Assembly (NCBI GenBank): GCA_010909165.1
Contig: MU008149.1
Location: 1 to 64,000, forward strand
Length of the DNA: 64,000 nt
Direction: 5' to 3'
Source of the DNA: Anthoceros angustus
Lineage: Eukaryota > Plantae > Anthocerotophyta
The position numbers and the translations under genes are program-made. Below are positions 11,928-24,479 of the stretch, in pieces; the first letter of the stretch is position 1, and every line of letters begins with the position of its first letter. The notes beneath the pieces are model-generated. The model had not been told where the DNA came from and searched no databases. It saw only the letters and a list, made by a program, of their open reading frames with translations.

Positions 11928-12460
11928 GTCATGCCGGTGGTACTAATCGCACTTGGGTTTAGTGTTTGATTAGCATTAATTAATATAATTACTTATCTTT
12001 AAGAAAGTAATTAGTGTTAATAAATCTAAGATGCTTATGTTAATTAATCATTGATTATTATTAATTAAACATGGTTAGCTAAGTGGATAAGCTCAAGTAT
12101 GCTGGCATATTCCTGCATAGTGTATTCTTAGGATATTTCAAGATAAACGGACTCCAATAGGATATCTTAGGAATATGCCGATGCCAAGGGCTAGTATCTA
12201 TAGACCCTTGCATTGAAGACAAGCTCTGATCATAGCTTGTCCTCTAGATATGCAATGCAAGGTGTTGTGAGGAGGCCAAAGCTATGACTCCAAGAGCGGC
12301 GTGAATTTGCATGTTGTTCTCGTGGGGAGAGTGTTTGTGCCACAATGCGATGCAGCTACTCCCTTATTATTTGCACCTATATATCTGCGTATTGGATTTG
12401 TTTGCTTGGTTTTTGGTCAAGCAAGTGCTTATATGAATTCAAGTGCTTACCTCGTGCGAC
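11928..12460 (+). repeat. LTR-like repeat ('family B'), uninterrupted copy; inverted, interrupted copies at ~31930-34105 and ~40685-42941
   Basis: 11950-12200 matches the reverse complement of 42795-42930 joined to 40740-40883; ends ...gcgaca; its 3' ~90 bp is also repeated at 11838-11925. Confidence 0.65.
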
Positions 12461-13165
12461 AAGCATCTATGGCCTGAAGCAATCAGGCAAGGAATTTAAC
12501 ACAGTAATGCATGTTAAGCTTATTAAACATGGTTTTAAACAAAGCAAGGCAAATTCTTGCATGTATATCTTAATCTCAGGAAATGGTATAATTTACCTCT
12601 TACTCTACGTCGAGACAAATTTATGGCTTCTCTTCATCTTCTATCCTAGTCGAGATTAAGGCTTGGTTAAAAATTCATTTTAAAATGACTGATCTAGGAG
12701 AACTGACATATGCACTTGGCTTTAATATTATGAGAGACAGAAGCAATAAAACTTTAAGTATAGTTCAAACTAAGTATATTGAGCAAAGCTTAATCAAATT
12801 TGGACTGGAGCATGCCACTGAGATCAGAGTATAGAGTACCAACCTCAACTGCCAAAGATATTGTATGGAGTAGATTAGCCTTAAGTGAACTCAATCACAC
12901 ACAAGATAATCTTACACCATTATTCAGTGATAGTCAGGGAGCTATAACATTAGCCAAAAACCCTATTTTTCACTCCAGAACCAAGCACATAGCAGTTGAA
13001 TACCATTATATTAGAGAAATGTTGGAAAATAAAACTTTAGATATTAATTATATCCAAACTCGGGAAAACTCAGCTGATTTATTAACAAAATGCCTTGGTT
13101 GGGAATTACATAGTAAGCACATGAAAAGTTTAGGCATATTGGATATCAAGTCCAAACCTTCCTAA
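12461..13165 (+). pseudogene. Ty1/Copia reverse transcriptase and RNase H fragment, internally deleted
   Basis: SIYGLKQSGKEFN...HGFKQSKANSCMY...IYLLLYV; FKMTDLG; SDSQGAITLAKNPIFHSRTKHIAVEYHYIRE...ADLLTK; purine tract aaggggcag at ~13191. Confidence 0.92.
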
Positions 13166-13611
13166 CTTAGCAAGCTACGATCAGCAGCTTAAGGGGCAGA
13201 CTAAGTTAATCTTAATATCCTAGCCTCATTTCTTATTTATATATTCCATTTCCTCCTCAATCTCTAAATGTTCCTCACAGTATTCCCCAACATCCTCGCC
13301 GAATGCCCAACCAGATCCTAGACCATAGTATTAAGGATCATATTAAATAATAAATATTAATAACTAATATAAACTACTTAAGTTATTTAGGGCACTCACT
13401 ATAAATGTGCTTAGTGTGTCCCTCGAATTCATCACATGGGATGCAACCCAGCCACACCATATGGACTCCGGTCTTCTGGCAAACATACTCAGCTTGGGGA
13501 TAAGAATCAGCATCACCTCCCGGGCAAATTAGGTATACAGTTGTAGTTAAACCACCTTTTGGAAGGCAACTATTAGGTAGGCAACCCTATTAGGCAGAAC
13601 ACAACATGTTT

Positions 13612-14502
13612 TCAATTCATGCTTGAAGACATTTGACCACATAGTCCAGCGGTACCTTGAGCAAACTTGTGGAATTTCATGGCATCTTGCGGGTTATTGT
13701 GAAGCTCCTTCTGAAGGCAGCGCCCTCTCAAGCTGGGGCTGCCCTCACAGTATTGCTCAGAATCTGGTGACTTAGCACATGGTGAGACACGTGTGTATCC
13801 CTCATTGCTGAGAATATTGGACAACTTACCTTCTTCACCTGTACCAGCACCTGTGTCTGCACACATGGAAGACCGTTAGCAGCAAGGTTATGAGGGAGAC
13901 ACAGATTTGCAGAAGAAAGAGTGTTGCCTTTATCCAAAGGTGTTTCTCCATTGGAGTCTTTCCATGCATCATACCCGACTACCGTTGAGGAGGACAACTC
14001 AATAAGGACGCTCTTCGAACCTGATTTGTCACCATCAGTTATTTTGGCTTTATCCTGCACTTTCATCTTGGCGGCTATGGTAGCCAAATGAGCAAATGTT
14101 TGCATCAGACTTTCAATTTTCCTCTATGCAGCGGCTTCTACAGCAACCTGGTCTGCATTAGCACCTACAAAGGGCAGTGACTATCCTCTATTGCCCTAAC
14201 TTGCATAACAGAGGCCGATAATCCAGTTTCTGACCAACAACGGCAACAAGACTCTTATCCAACATCATGCTTTCCCTGTCAGCAACAACGGGCGCCTGCA
14301 ATCCAAGCTTGACATTTTGCTGTGCAGGGGTAGATTGCCCGCGCGCTCCGACTCCGAGCTTGGTGGTATGGCCAGCCATGGCAGACGGTGCAGCGGCATC
14401 AAATTTCAATGTGCCTCCATGGCGCGGGGCAGCTGTGATGGAAGAAAAGTGGTCGTGCCTGTCCCTGGGTTGCGTGGCCGTCCGAATTTTGGAGCGCGGC
14501 GG
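13612..14502 (-). pseudogene. 3' part of an unassigned, probably TE-borne reading frame split by the 14503-48048 Copia insertion; its 5' part is at 48049-48200
   Basis: Removing the element and one TSD copy joins ...RTRLKHLAP (48049-48200) in frame to PRSKIRTATQ... (14188-14502). No recognisable domain. Confidence 0.55.
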
Positions 14503-14709
14503 TGACAAAGTGCATGGCATGTGCGGAAGCGTGTAGAATTGAATAATAAAGCATCTAAAACTGAAGAAGGAACAATGTCAAAGTAGAACACAGAAAGTAG
14601 TTATAAAAACTGAATCTAAGATGTCTATTCAAATCACAGTAACCTAAATCATATATAAGTATTATTCAAACGTGCCCTAATCAAGGCGCTAATAGCCATA
14701 ACCTCAACA
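14503..14709 (-). repeat. 3' LTR of Copia family C
   Basis: TG...CA ends, adjacent PPT, matches 47842-48048. Confidence 0.92.
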
Positions 14710-14917
14710 CTCCCACTCACGTTTGAAACAACATGAAATGAGACTAACAAGCTAACACGTCCAGTTCACTCTTGATAAGAACATAAATGAATAGCAGGTT
14801 AGTATATGTTGAAGAAGAGCTCACACTTAAGAAGAACCACTTGATAAGTCCACTAGGCCAAAATACAACTAAGAGTGGTCTTCACTTCTGATAATAGATC
14901 GTGGCTGTTTGTAGCAA

Positions 14918-15515
14918 TTATGATGTCATCCTAACCAGCTTTCCATCTTGAATGGGCGCTGGCCCTTGTGCAGGCTGTGCGCTCCCATTATCCTCGGACT
15001 CCCACTCAAACAGCTGTTGGTCTTCATCGCTTCCACTCACATCTACAAGGTCAGAAACCAAAGGAATTACAACCTTGCCTGGATCTGCTGGTTCAGACGC
15101 TAGTGGATAGTGCTCCATTTCTCTCCCTCTACGGCTGGTCAGCAGAGATTGCTCGTCAATAATTACACTCCTCGAATACGTGACTTGTTGAGTCTCGGGG
15201 TTCACTAGCTTGTATCCCTTGATTCCTTCAGTATATCCCACAAACAGCATCTTGTTGGTCTTGTCATCAAGCTTCTGACGAAGTTGTTTGGGGATGTGAG
15301 CATATGCATGTGCCCCGAAAATACGAAGATGCAGCAGGTGGGGTCTGCGACCAGTCCAGCCCTCATAAGGAGTGACACTAGTAACAGTAGATGTCGGAAG
15401 TCGATTCTTGATATAGGTCGCCGTTGAAATAGCTTTTGCCCAATATTGGTGGGACAGTCCAGAACTGTTCAGCATGGCTCGAACGGCTTCAACAAGCCAT
15501 TGATGACAGCGCTCG
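14918..15515 (-). pseudogene. Copia integrase C-terminal half (family C)
   Basis: LVEAVRAMLNSSGLSHQYWAKAISTATYIKNRLPT...TPYEGWTGRRPHLLHLRIFG...RQKLDDKTNKMLFVGY...YSRSVIIDE. Confidence 0.93.
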
Positions 15516-18195
15516 TGAAGGATCGTGTGGCAGCCCATGATGGTGGAAAGAAGAGAGTGCGAGAGGAGGAAGCTAATGTATCTCTCTCACATTGAGATGA
15601 GGCTCTGGAGTATTTATACCCTCAGCTCCTAAGCTCCACAAGAAGCCCCTAGGAAGAGCACAAGAAGCTTCCTAGTGATTAGCTTAGCTAAACTAATGAT
15701 ATGCGACACCTAACTTAGACTAAGCGTATTAGTCTAAGTACATTGGGCTTTAATATACCCTTACAACCTCCCACTTAAAGGCCAATTTACCTTCGTAGAA
15801 GAATGGACTACCTCATGCCCATCGTCAGCTTGTGCAAATTGCTCAGAGTCCCTTGGTAAGAATATGGGGTTACTGGTGTGAACCTTGACAAGTTGTACCC
15901 TCTTGTCATCCAACACCTCTCGAATGAAGTGATACTTCACATCCACATGTTTAGTCTTCGCATGAAACACGGATTCTTTGCCAATTGGATAGCACTCGCT
16001 ATCACAATGCAACAACAGCGACTCAACCTTGATCCCCAAGTCTCCCACTAAGCAGGCAAGCCATATGGCTTCCTTGCAAGCCTCGATTCTTTGCTACTCG
16101 GCCTCTGTGGTAGATAGCGTAATGCACGGCAAGCGAGATCGCCATGAGGCGCCCCTCCGTGCACATGAAGACATAACGATGTGGACCTCCTTTTGTCCAT
16201 ATCCCACATAATCAACATCATGTACCCAACCACACATGCATCTTCACTACCAAAACATATGCACAAAGCTTTTGTACCATTCGGATACCTCATAACTCCT
16301 TTTCGCCTCCCAATGCTTCTTGCAGGTTTGACATAAACACTAACCACTCCGCAAAAGGCGAATGTAGCAATCATTGCATACATCAAACTCCCTACTGATG
16401 AGTATGGGACCTTCTCCATTTCACTTTGTCCTCCTCGAGCTTGGGCAATCCTGAAAGTTTCACATATGGAGGCAATGGAGTACCCAATGGTTTCCCCTTC
16501 TCCATGTTGAAACGTTGAAGCACCACATTAATGTATTCCGTCCGAGACAAATAAAGGCTATACATTCGGAATCGCATGCCAAGTATATGGCTCGCCTCTC
16601 CCAAGTCTGTCATTTCAAAGTGAGCATTCAACTTTGACTTCAACGAAATCTCATCGATCTTGTTCCGACAATTAGCATATCATCCACATAGAGGATCAAA
16701 ATGAGCAAGCTTTGATCCTTAGCTTGCTTTGTATAGAGGCAATGATCCTCATCGCTCGTTTGTAGCCTTGAGAAAGCATAAATGAGTGGAACTTGTGATA
16801 CCACTCTGGTGCTGTTTCAAACCATAAAGGCTCTTCCTGCACACGATTCTCTTTGCCCTTCTCAACAAAACCTTCGTTGCATGTAGACGTCCTCTTGAAG
16901 GTCACCATGCAAGAATGCCGTCTTGACATCCATCATGCAAGTTCCATATCATTCCACAGCAAAGCAAGAACACATCGCAAAGTTGTCATTTTGACTCGGT
17001 GAGAAAATCTCATCAAAGTCAATGCCTTGTTGTTGCTTGAAACCCTTAGCAACCAATCGTGCCTTGTACTTTGGTTTGCCATCAAGGTATGACCTTCATC
17101 TTGTACACCCATTTGCAGTAGTGCCTTCTTATCCTAACCGAACCAACTCCCAAGTTTGGTTCTTATCACATTCATTGCATGGCCTTCTCCACTTTGTTAC
17201 TCATTGACATGGCCTCTTTGTAAGAAGAGGGTTCCCCACAATCTGTCGATGACATAATCCAGATGGATCATACCGAGAGTCGTGTAATCTGCGACCTCGG
17301 CCGAGCACCTCTATAGGAGCTTGTTCGACTCTTGGTTCATCTACCGGTGGAGGAATGTGCTCCGCACATTACCACGGTTATCAACTGATGATCATGTCCA
17401 TCTTCTTGGAAGATCACCCTTCGCACCTCCACGGTTGGAGTAGGCTTCTGCATCTTGTTCTCATTGAAGAACACGTCGTTAGTACGAACAACCTTTCTAG
17501 CCGGATCCCACAAAGCGGTATCCCATCTCACGGAATCACCATAGCCAAGAAAAATACATTTCTTGGACTTAGGTGCCAACTTGTCCCGAAACTCTTTTGG
17601 AACATGGCGGTATGCCTCACAAACACTCGCAGATGCTTGTAGGATGGTTTCTTTCCGGACCATAGCTCCTCGGAACGCTCATCAACACCTTATTAGGAGA
17701 TCTGTTAATAAGATGAGCGATGAACACTTCACCCATTAGGCAATCGAGTTTGACAACAAAACTCGCATCCTCTCACGAATGGTTACATTCATCCGCTCGG
17801 CCACACCATTTTGTGGAGTATCTGGCGATCAATTCTCTTTTGATTCCCTTGGAATCACAAAATGGCGAAAGCTTTGAAACATACTCTCCACCATTATCAT
17901 CCTTAGACACTTCAATCGGTGGCGGTGATTCTCTACAAGGGTGACAAATTTACGAAACACGAACTTCATCCTTTTTCCTCAAAGGATAAACCCACCTTGC
18001 GTGAGAAATCATCTATGAAAGTGACAAAATAGGAGGCACCGCCTAATGATGCGATGAGCATAGGTCCACATACATCACTGTGAACCAACTCAAGAGGTTT
18101 ACTCCTACTTTACCTCTTGTTCGATGTGATGATTTGTCTCTGTTTATATAAGCAGTGCTCACATCGAGAGATCGGAGAAGAACATGGTATTAGGT
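15516..18195 (-). mobile_element. Nested Copia family A: 3' LTR (15516-15765), PPT, RNase H, RT, integrase; heavily frameshifted; broken at ~18195
   Basis: LTR homologous to 1996-2247 followed by acctcccactt (reverse-complement PPT). FHAKTKHVDVKYHFIRE; VPYSSVGSLMYAM; FEMTDLGEASHILG; DKLAPKSKKCIFLGYG; ELVHSDVCGP and YFVTFIDDFSR (~18000-18095); CEHCL (~18150). Confidence 0.92.
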
Positions 18196-18589
18196 GAAGG
18201 GGTGAATATCGAACCCCCCGGTTGAGCGAAACCTCCTTCACAGATAACACATGGTTCCCAAAACCGTGTTTTTGGATTTCGGTGTCCCATACCATGGACA
18301 ATGATTCCTAACGCTTTGTGAAACAACAAAACCCGAAGGAAGGGTCAAGGCTGGCTGGCGCCGTTAGTCCTCAAAAGTAGTTTGTTTTGTGCGATGATCC
18401 ATTTCCACATTGACAAAAGGCCTAGTAATAACACAACAAAACTAGGTATATGCGTACATACGCAAGCCGGTTGGAGACCATCCTGTTTTAGGTTCCGCCA
18501 AAATTGACCACTAGCACAGACAATAGTTCACAACTACAAAGCGTCTACACTGGGCTAACGTGACTCAACGGTGCTTGCGACACGAATCA

Positions 18590-21500
18590 TAAACTACAAG
18601 TTCATCCGCTCAAGTTCTTCCTCATCGAAAGTGTCGACTTCAACCAAAGCCCTCGAGTCCTCGTTCCCATCCGTGTCTTCATCATTACCATACGCCCCGG
18701 GCGCGTCTCGAGTGTTTGTTGGCCAGCCTCCAACAAATCGATCCACCTCTTATTACGGCACTCAAAGAAACCACTTGTGCTTTCAAGGAGTCCTTCTCTG
18801 ATGCAAACCTCCTTTGCCCAGGCTGTGCAAGTCCTCTCCGGTGGGCTTCAAAATTCAACTCCTCAAGCGCATCAGGAGCACCTCAAATCCATGAATTCTT
18901 TGTGAAATATAACCCACATCTCAAGTCACTCGATGGCGATACAACTCCTTCCTGCAAGTAACCCTTGATTGTGCGCTCCCGAGCATGCATCCGAACCCAA
19001 TCTCCCTCTTTGGAGAAGGTTGTAATAAGTCTCGTCATCAACCCTAGTGGTCTCTGGTAAGGCGGACCACCAACTTGTCATGTGACATGTAAACTGTTTT
19101 TGACAAGCAATCGTGAGCAATGCGGACCTTCCATTGTTGAATGTTCCATGCATAGCATTTGGTAGCATTGCAATTCTCCTTTGTGCTCCCATCCTTGACC
19201 CCATCCGATAGTTATGTATTCCACAGTCTCAAATCCACCCTGTCATTGTTCATGTTTGTCTTGTCCCATGAGCGACACCAAGCCCTTTCCCTCCACTTTC
19301 GCATTGATTCTCTAAGTATGTGCCTCCTCCACTCCATGCATCACAATCATCCTCGGTTCATCGCTAGTGGTCTTCTCGGCAAAGCTTTGGAAGGCAGAAT
19401 CCATCATTGCTTATCCACCCTCTTGTCCATAGGTCCAATGTTAAAACCTCGGGGCACATCCATGACGAAGTGTGTCTTGCCTTGAGAAAAACGCATATCT
19501 TGTACATCACGACTTTCGATTTGGTATTGTACGGCTCTCATTGATGGGCCGAAAACCTCAAGACCTTCCTCCGGGTCCTTGTCCGCTAATCGCGTACTCG
19601 TCTTCAAGCCCTTTCCAATTGTTTATCTCGAAAATAAAATGTCAAGTTGAGTCCATCAAACATATGCTGGGGAGAGGGCGGTGCCGGCGCCGGCGGCGGC
19701 TACGCATCGATCCCGTCCACAGTTCTCAGCGGAAAAAAAAAAACGATGCGGACATACCTTTCAGGAAAATGTTTGGAATCGTGCTAGCATATTGTCCGTA
19801 GAATGTAAAGGATACTCCTCGCACCTCTTCAAATGACGAGCAGCGAGATGCTTCACCATTGCTACTTGTATGATATGAAATTTTTCCAGCATGTGATCTC
19901 TTCCTCCATCCCCTTGGATCTATCACCACTAACACCTTTCGGTGGCGCTTATCGATTTGCGCCACACTCTCCAAGCGGTATTCACGAAAGATTTCGGGCT
20001 TGGCCAACATGTCTCTAGGCTTGACATACACTATCAACTGCTTGGTCATCCGCCAGCTTGCGCTTGCCTTTCCCTTTCTTGCTTGTCCCAGAACGTGTTT
20101 CTTCATTCAGAAGCTCTCCCTTCCCATTTGGAAAAATCTTGTCCACATTCTCCCACACCTTCCCATCACCTTAGCAATACAGAATGTGGGTCCGATTGTC
20201 CACTTTGTTACGCTTGTACACCTCCCGCCCTTCGCCGTCTTCAATCAAACCTAGGACTTTGTACAGTTGTATTTCCGGACATGGTCATTTGCACTTCTTC
20301 CCTCTTTGCGATGATCAACTCGTCCCTTAAATACGACTTGCTCTATAAAGTTCATCTTCTTTCTTCGGACATCATATTGTGATCTGCAAGCACCGCATCT
20401 CATGCACGTAAGCCCACAATACACATGTGCTTCAACATATTGGAACCGCTTCTTTCCGGGTGAGATATCTGATAAGTGCTTCATAGCTGCGTAGGTGTGG
20501 TTACCACCAAGAACTCCCATGACATACTTCTTTGCGCCATTGCTTCCAGTCCAGCTTGCTCAGATCAGCACACTCGCTCGGATCAATCATACACAAAAGA
20601 GGCAGAACTCCCTCCTCTATCCGCCCTTTCGCTATAACACGGGCAAGATAGTTTGCCCAAGCCTCATCAACCCTCCGGATCTGCGCGTCCGGAGTAATAT
20701 GCGCTGCCGGCCTCAAGTTCTCCAACTTCACTAAAACCGTTTCCTGCACCACCTTCTTCGAGTATGCAGAATCCCTTAAGCGCGTCAATGGATCTGCATC
20801 CCTCATAGCCTCTTCCAACCTTTCCTCGTCAGTTTGAATATGAACTGTGGTAATGTCCCCTCCTATGGCATCTTCTCTTCCACCCTTCTTTGCCTTTTTG
20901 TTTTTCCTTCCAAATTCTCCGTCCCTGTGCGGCTCTGCACTTCCCTTGCCCTTGCGCTCGAGGCTATCGTTTTGGGCATGAAGGTTGAGGAGGCGCCGGC
21001 CGGCGCGCCCTCCTCGCCTCCATACCCACATCCCCGCATCCGCCATGTCCTTTTCTCCGGGGACCGAACCCCGCCGGCCATGCCTCTTTGCGATGATCAA
21101 CTCGTCCCTTAAATACGACTTGCTCTATAAAGTTCATCTTCTTTCTTCCGGACATCATATTGTGATCATTGCAAGCACCCGCATCTCATGCAGTAAGCCC
21201 ACAATACACATGTGCTTCAACATATTGGAACCGCTTCTTTCCGGGTGAGATATCCGATAAGTGCTTCATAGTGCGTGGGTGTGGTTACCACCAAGAACTC
21301 CCATGACATACTTCTTTGCACGCCATTGCTTCGATCCACTTGCTCGGATCGGCACTCGCTCGGATCAATCATACACAAAAGGAACTCCCTCCTCTATCCG
21401 CCCTTTCGCTATAACACGGGCAAGATAGTTTGCCCAAGCCTCATCAACCCTCCGGATCTGCGGCGTCGGAGTAATGTCACGGCCTCAAGTTCTCCAACTT

Positions 21501-21900
21501 CACTAACAATGTTTCTGCACCACCTTCTTGAGTCGAGAATCCCTTAAGCGAGTCAATGGATCGCATCCCTCATAGCCTCTTCCAACCTTTCCTCGTCGGT
21601 TTGAATATGAGCGTGGTTATGTCCCTCCATGGCATCTTCTCTTCCACCCTTCTTTGCCTTTTGGTTTTCCTTCCCAATTCTCCGTCCCGGCTGTGTGTGC
21701 CGCTTCTGCACTTCCCTTGCCCTTGCGCCACTCGGTCATCGTTTGGGCATGAAGGTTGAGGAGGCGCCGGCCGGCGCCTCCTCTTCCTCCATACCCACAT
21801 CCCCGCATCCGCCATGTCCTTTTCTCCGGGGACCCACTCGCCTGACCCGGTGCCATCTTGCTCTCTTGCCTGTGGTGGGAGGATTCGGGGGCGGCGCCGG
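18590..21900 (-). pseudogene. ParB/sulfiredoxin-like domain fused to a beta-class amino (N6-adenine/N4-cytosine) DNA methyltransferase, frameshifted; may extend upstream to ~23150
   Basis: ParB-like QIRRVDEAW...VLGGNHTYAAMKHL...AHVYCGL (GGNH 20497-20508, duplicate 21281-21292). MTase motif IV-like THFVMDVPRGFN (19446-19460); SWDKTN...ETVEYITIGW (~19200-19275); PYQRPLGLMTRLITTFSKEGDWV/DACSGA...GLLAGRSCIAIE (19062-18929). Acidic C-terminal tail. Confidence 0.75.
20301..21860. repeat. Tandem duplication (~780 bp; 20301-21082 / 21083-~21860) covering the ParB-like domain
   Basis: Both copies start cctctttgcgatgatcaactcgtcccttaaatacg; differences are mainly short deletions. Confidence 0.92.
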
Positions 21901-24479
21901 CGGCCACCGCACCTTCCTTGAATCTTATAAACCGGTCCGGATCGCGTTGGCGGCTCTTGGGGAACGAAGATGACTAGGCGGCCGGGCCGCGCGCCTTGCA
22001 TCCGGGTCATATTGCATGGTGGGAACCATAAAGTCGGAGTTGAAGATTGGGAAGGTCCTCGGCATCTCTCCGATTCACTGCGCCCCGGATCCTTGATGCA
22101 GATCGACCAATGGTAAAGCCCCATCTTCCTCGTCTGATGGGCCAAGCTCACTCTCCGCATGCTCTACTTCCATACCTTCCACCATATCACCAGTTTTCTG
22201 TATGGAGGCTTTGGCTCGTTGCATAGAAATCTCCCTCTTGTGGGCCCTCATAGTTTGTGTAATCTTTTCGCAGATAGCTCGTATGAGTGCCCTCGCAACT
22301 AGTGGTGCCTGGAAGATGGTAGGCACAATATATCCACAGCGTCAGTGACTCTCACATGTGAAGAAGCTGCGAAGGAATGCGATTACAGGCAATACTTACT
22401 GTCTCCCATGGAATCGCGGAAATCTTCAACAAGGCCACGAGGTGCACACTTCCAGTGAAACCCTTTCGGCTAAGAACAAGAGACTTGTATAACGGATCAC
22501 GGAAACTTCCTCATCTTGGTATGCCTTTGTGGTGCACAAAAAGTGAACTCTCCCCTTCATTGAAGTCCAAAGTAGCCCAAACAACCCGCTCTTGCTCTCG
22601 ATTTGGCGAGCCCCCTATATCCCATGATCCACAACTTCAACAAAGGGGTCCATGGCGCATTGCGGTCGATGGTCATGGATCCCTGAGCATCCGTCCTTCT
22701 CCACAACCACAACATTGTCGCCGGATACCGCTGATATGCTCTCTCATAGTAATGGTGAATCGGGGGAATAGGTTGTTTCGCTCTTACCAACCTTCTTCGT
22801 CCCTTGCTCTCCAACCTTTGTGGGTGATTTTGGCGGAGGATCGCTGCCCGATTTTGCTTGCCCCAGAATGCTGCCCCCTCCTGTTGGAGCATGGCGGATG
22901 GCAAGATGTCTCCAAACGACACTGGATGGAGGTGCCTCCATGATGTCCGCCGTGGGCGCGGGTCTGCTCTCGCCTTTGAGCCTCCTCGGCCTTCTTGGGC
23001 TTGCGCATGGCGGCGGTCATATTCCTCCAAAGGCTGGTCCTTCTTGCTCCTCCGCTTGCCATCTTCAATCTCTGCAATTCCAGGCAACCCCACTCCGTAA
23101 TCACAAAGAGATGCACAAAGCACAGTGACCGCTAACTCACTGCTCAAGATCGCCGCCTCTCAAGAGCTTGCCTTTGTCCACTTGCGAGCTTGCGGCTGTC
23201 ACAGCGGTTGAGTTGCGCTCCAAACCGAGCTTGCGGCGGTCTTGGGCGGTCAGAGCGCGGCGGTGTCGCTCCTCACTCGCAGCATGCAGCAGTCACAGCG
23301 GTGGTGGTGCGCTCGACGAGCAAGCGGTCACGGTGAGGTGTTGCGCTCGAAATCGCGGGCGTGAACGCCGGTGCCTGGCGGTAGCCCTTAAGTTCGAAAA
23401 GAGGAGGCCTTAAGGAAGCTAAGCGGCGTGTAAAAGTAGGGTTTTCTTCCATAACCCCAAATGGTTTTCATAACCGTGTTTCTCTAAAATAACCGCTACC
23501 TTAAACTCAATTTTGACCGAGCTTACTATTTTAGGCTGACGCCGCCATCAACTTTTCGCCAGTGGGCTGCAATTATGCTAAGATTTCCCGTTACAATCCT
23601 GTGCACAGCCCGCCGTCAACCACTTCATTGTCCGCACTTATTTGAGGCAATCCCATCAACCACTTAGGCGGGGGCACTGGGATGCGAGGCCGTCCAGGCG
23701 CCATATAGCAAAGCCGGGGAGGCTTGATGTCACTAGCCACTACCTGCTGCTCTGCAAAGTCTTGTGCTTTGCTTCCTTGCGCATTGCGATAAGTGCGTGC
23801 GATGTTGCATTTGACGCACGCTGCGGAGATGAGGTTGGTCTTGTTTCGCCATTGTCTTTTCCCGCATACCATTCATGATACGATGCAACTTGTGCAACGA
23901 CCATGCACGTGGCGCGGAGGTTCAAGTGGAGGACCGGGCCCTCGCAATTCCAAAGAAATGGAGACATGGTCCGCAGGAAGAGGCTCGCTATCTTGAACGC
24001 TCCTCCAAGTTCACATATTCGGTGCAATACCCACGGAGTCCTCCACATGAAGGTTTGTTGTGGTTACCACTTTTCCCACTTTTGGAAGAGGCGTCGGTAG
24101 CTTGTTAAGTCTGTTCGCCCATGCCATGTAGGCTCTACAGGCGTCGACACTTGGCGTCACCAAACATGCGAGGTGTGCCTCACACCCGAATTTGCATCTA
24201 TCGCACCATTGAGGAGCCCATCTACACGCCTCCCGGATCCGAATTGAGTCCTCATCCCTCAAGCTGCGTGAGAATGGACCACTGTTGCACGCGGATTGTT
24301 TGATGGTGGTCACGGTGAAGACCTCCCACGGGCGAGCGAACCCTCCGAGGATGAAGATGAAGCGGCCACTTCCGGACACTGCGCGTCGTCGTTCCATCCC
24401 AAGCCTGGGTGAGGCGGCGTCAAGCGAGCAAAGCATTGCACCTCAGCAGGCCGGTGGTGTCACATTGAAGAAAAGTGAA

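Noticed and set aside
18590-21900. Bacterial or phage contamination as the source of the ParB-MTase
   Set aside because: It lies inside a plant Copia element bounded by matching LTRs, next to a eukaryotic-type transposase with a probable intron, and there are no operon-like neighbours. A chimeric assembly is not formally excluded.
23600-24300. Ulp1 protease (PIN...GHW, CGYHF) or KDZ transposase (YDxxC) hints
   Set aside because: Motifs are short, need frameshifts and have unconvincing spacing; left unassigned.
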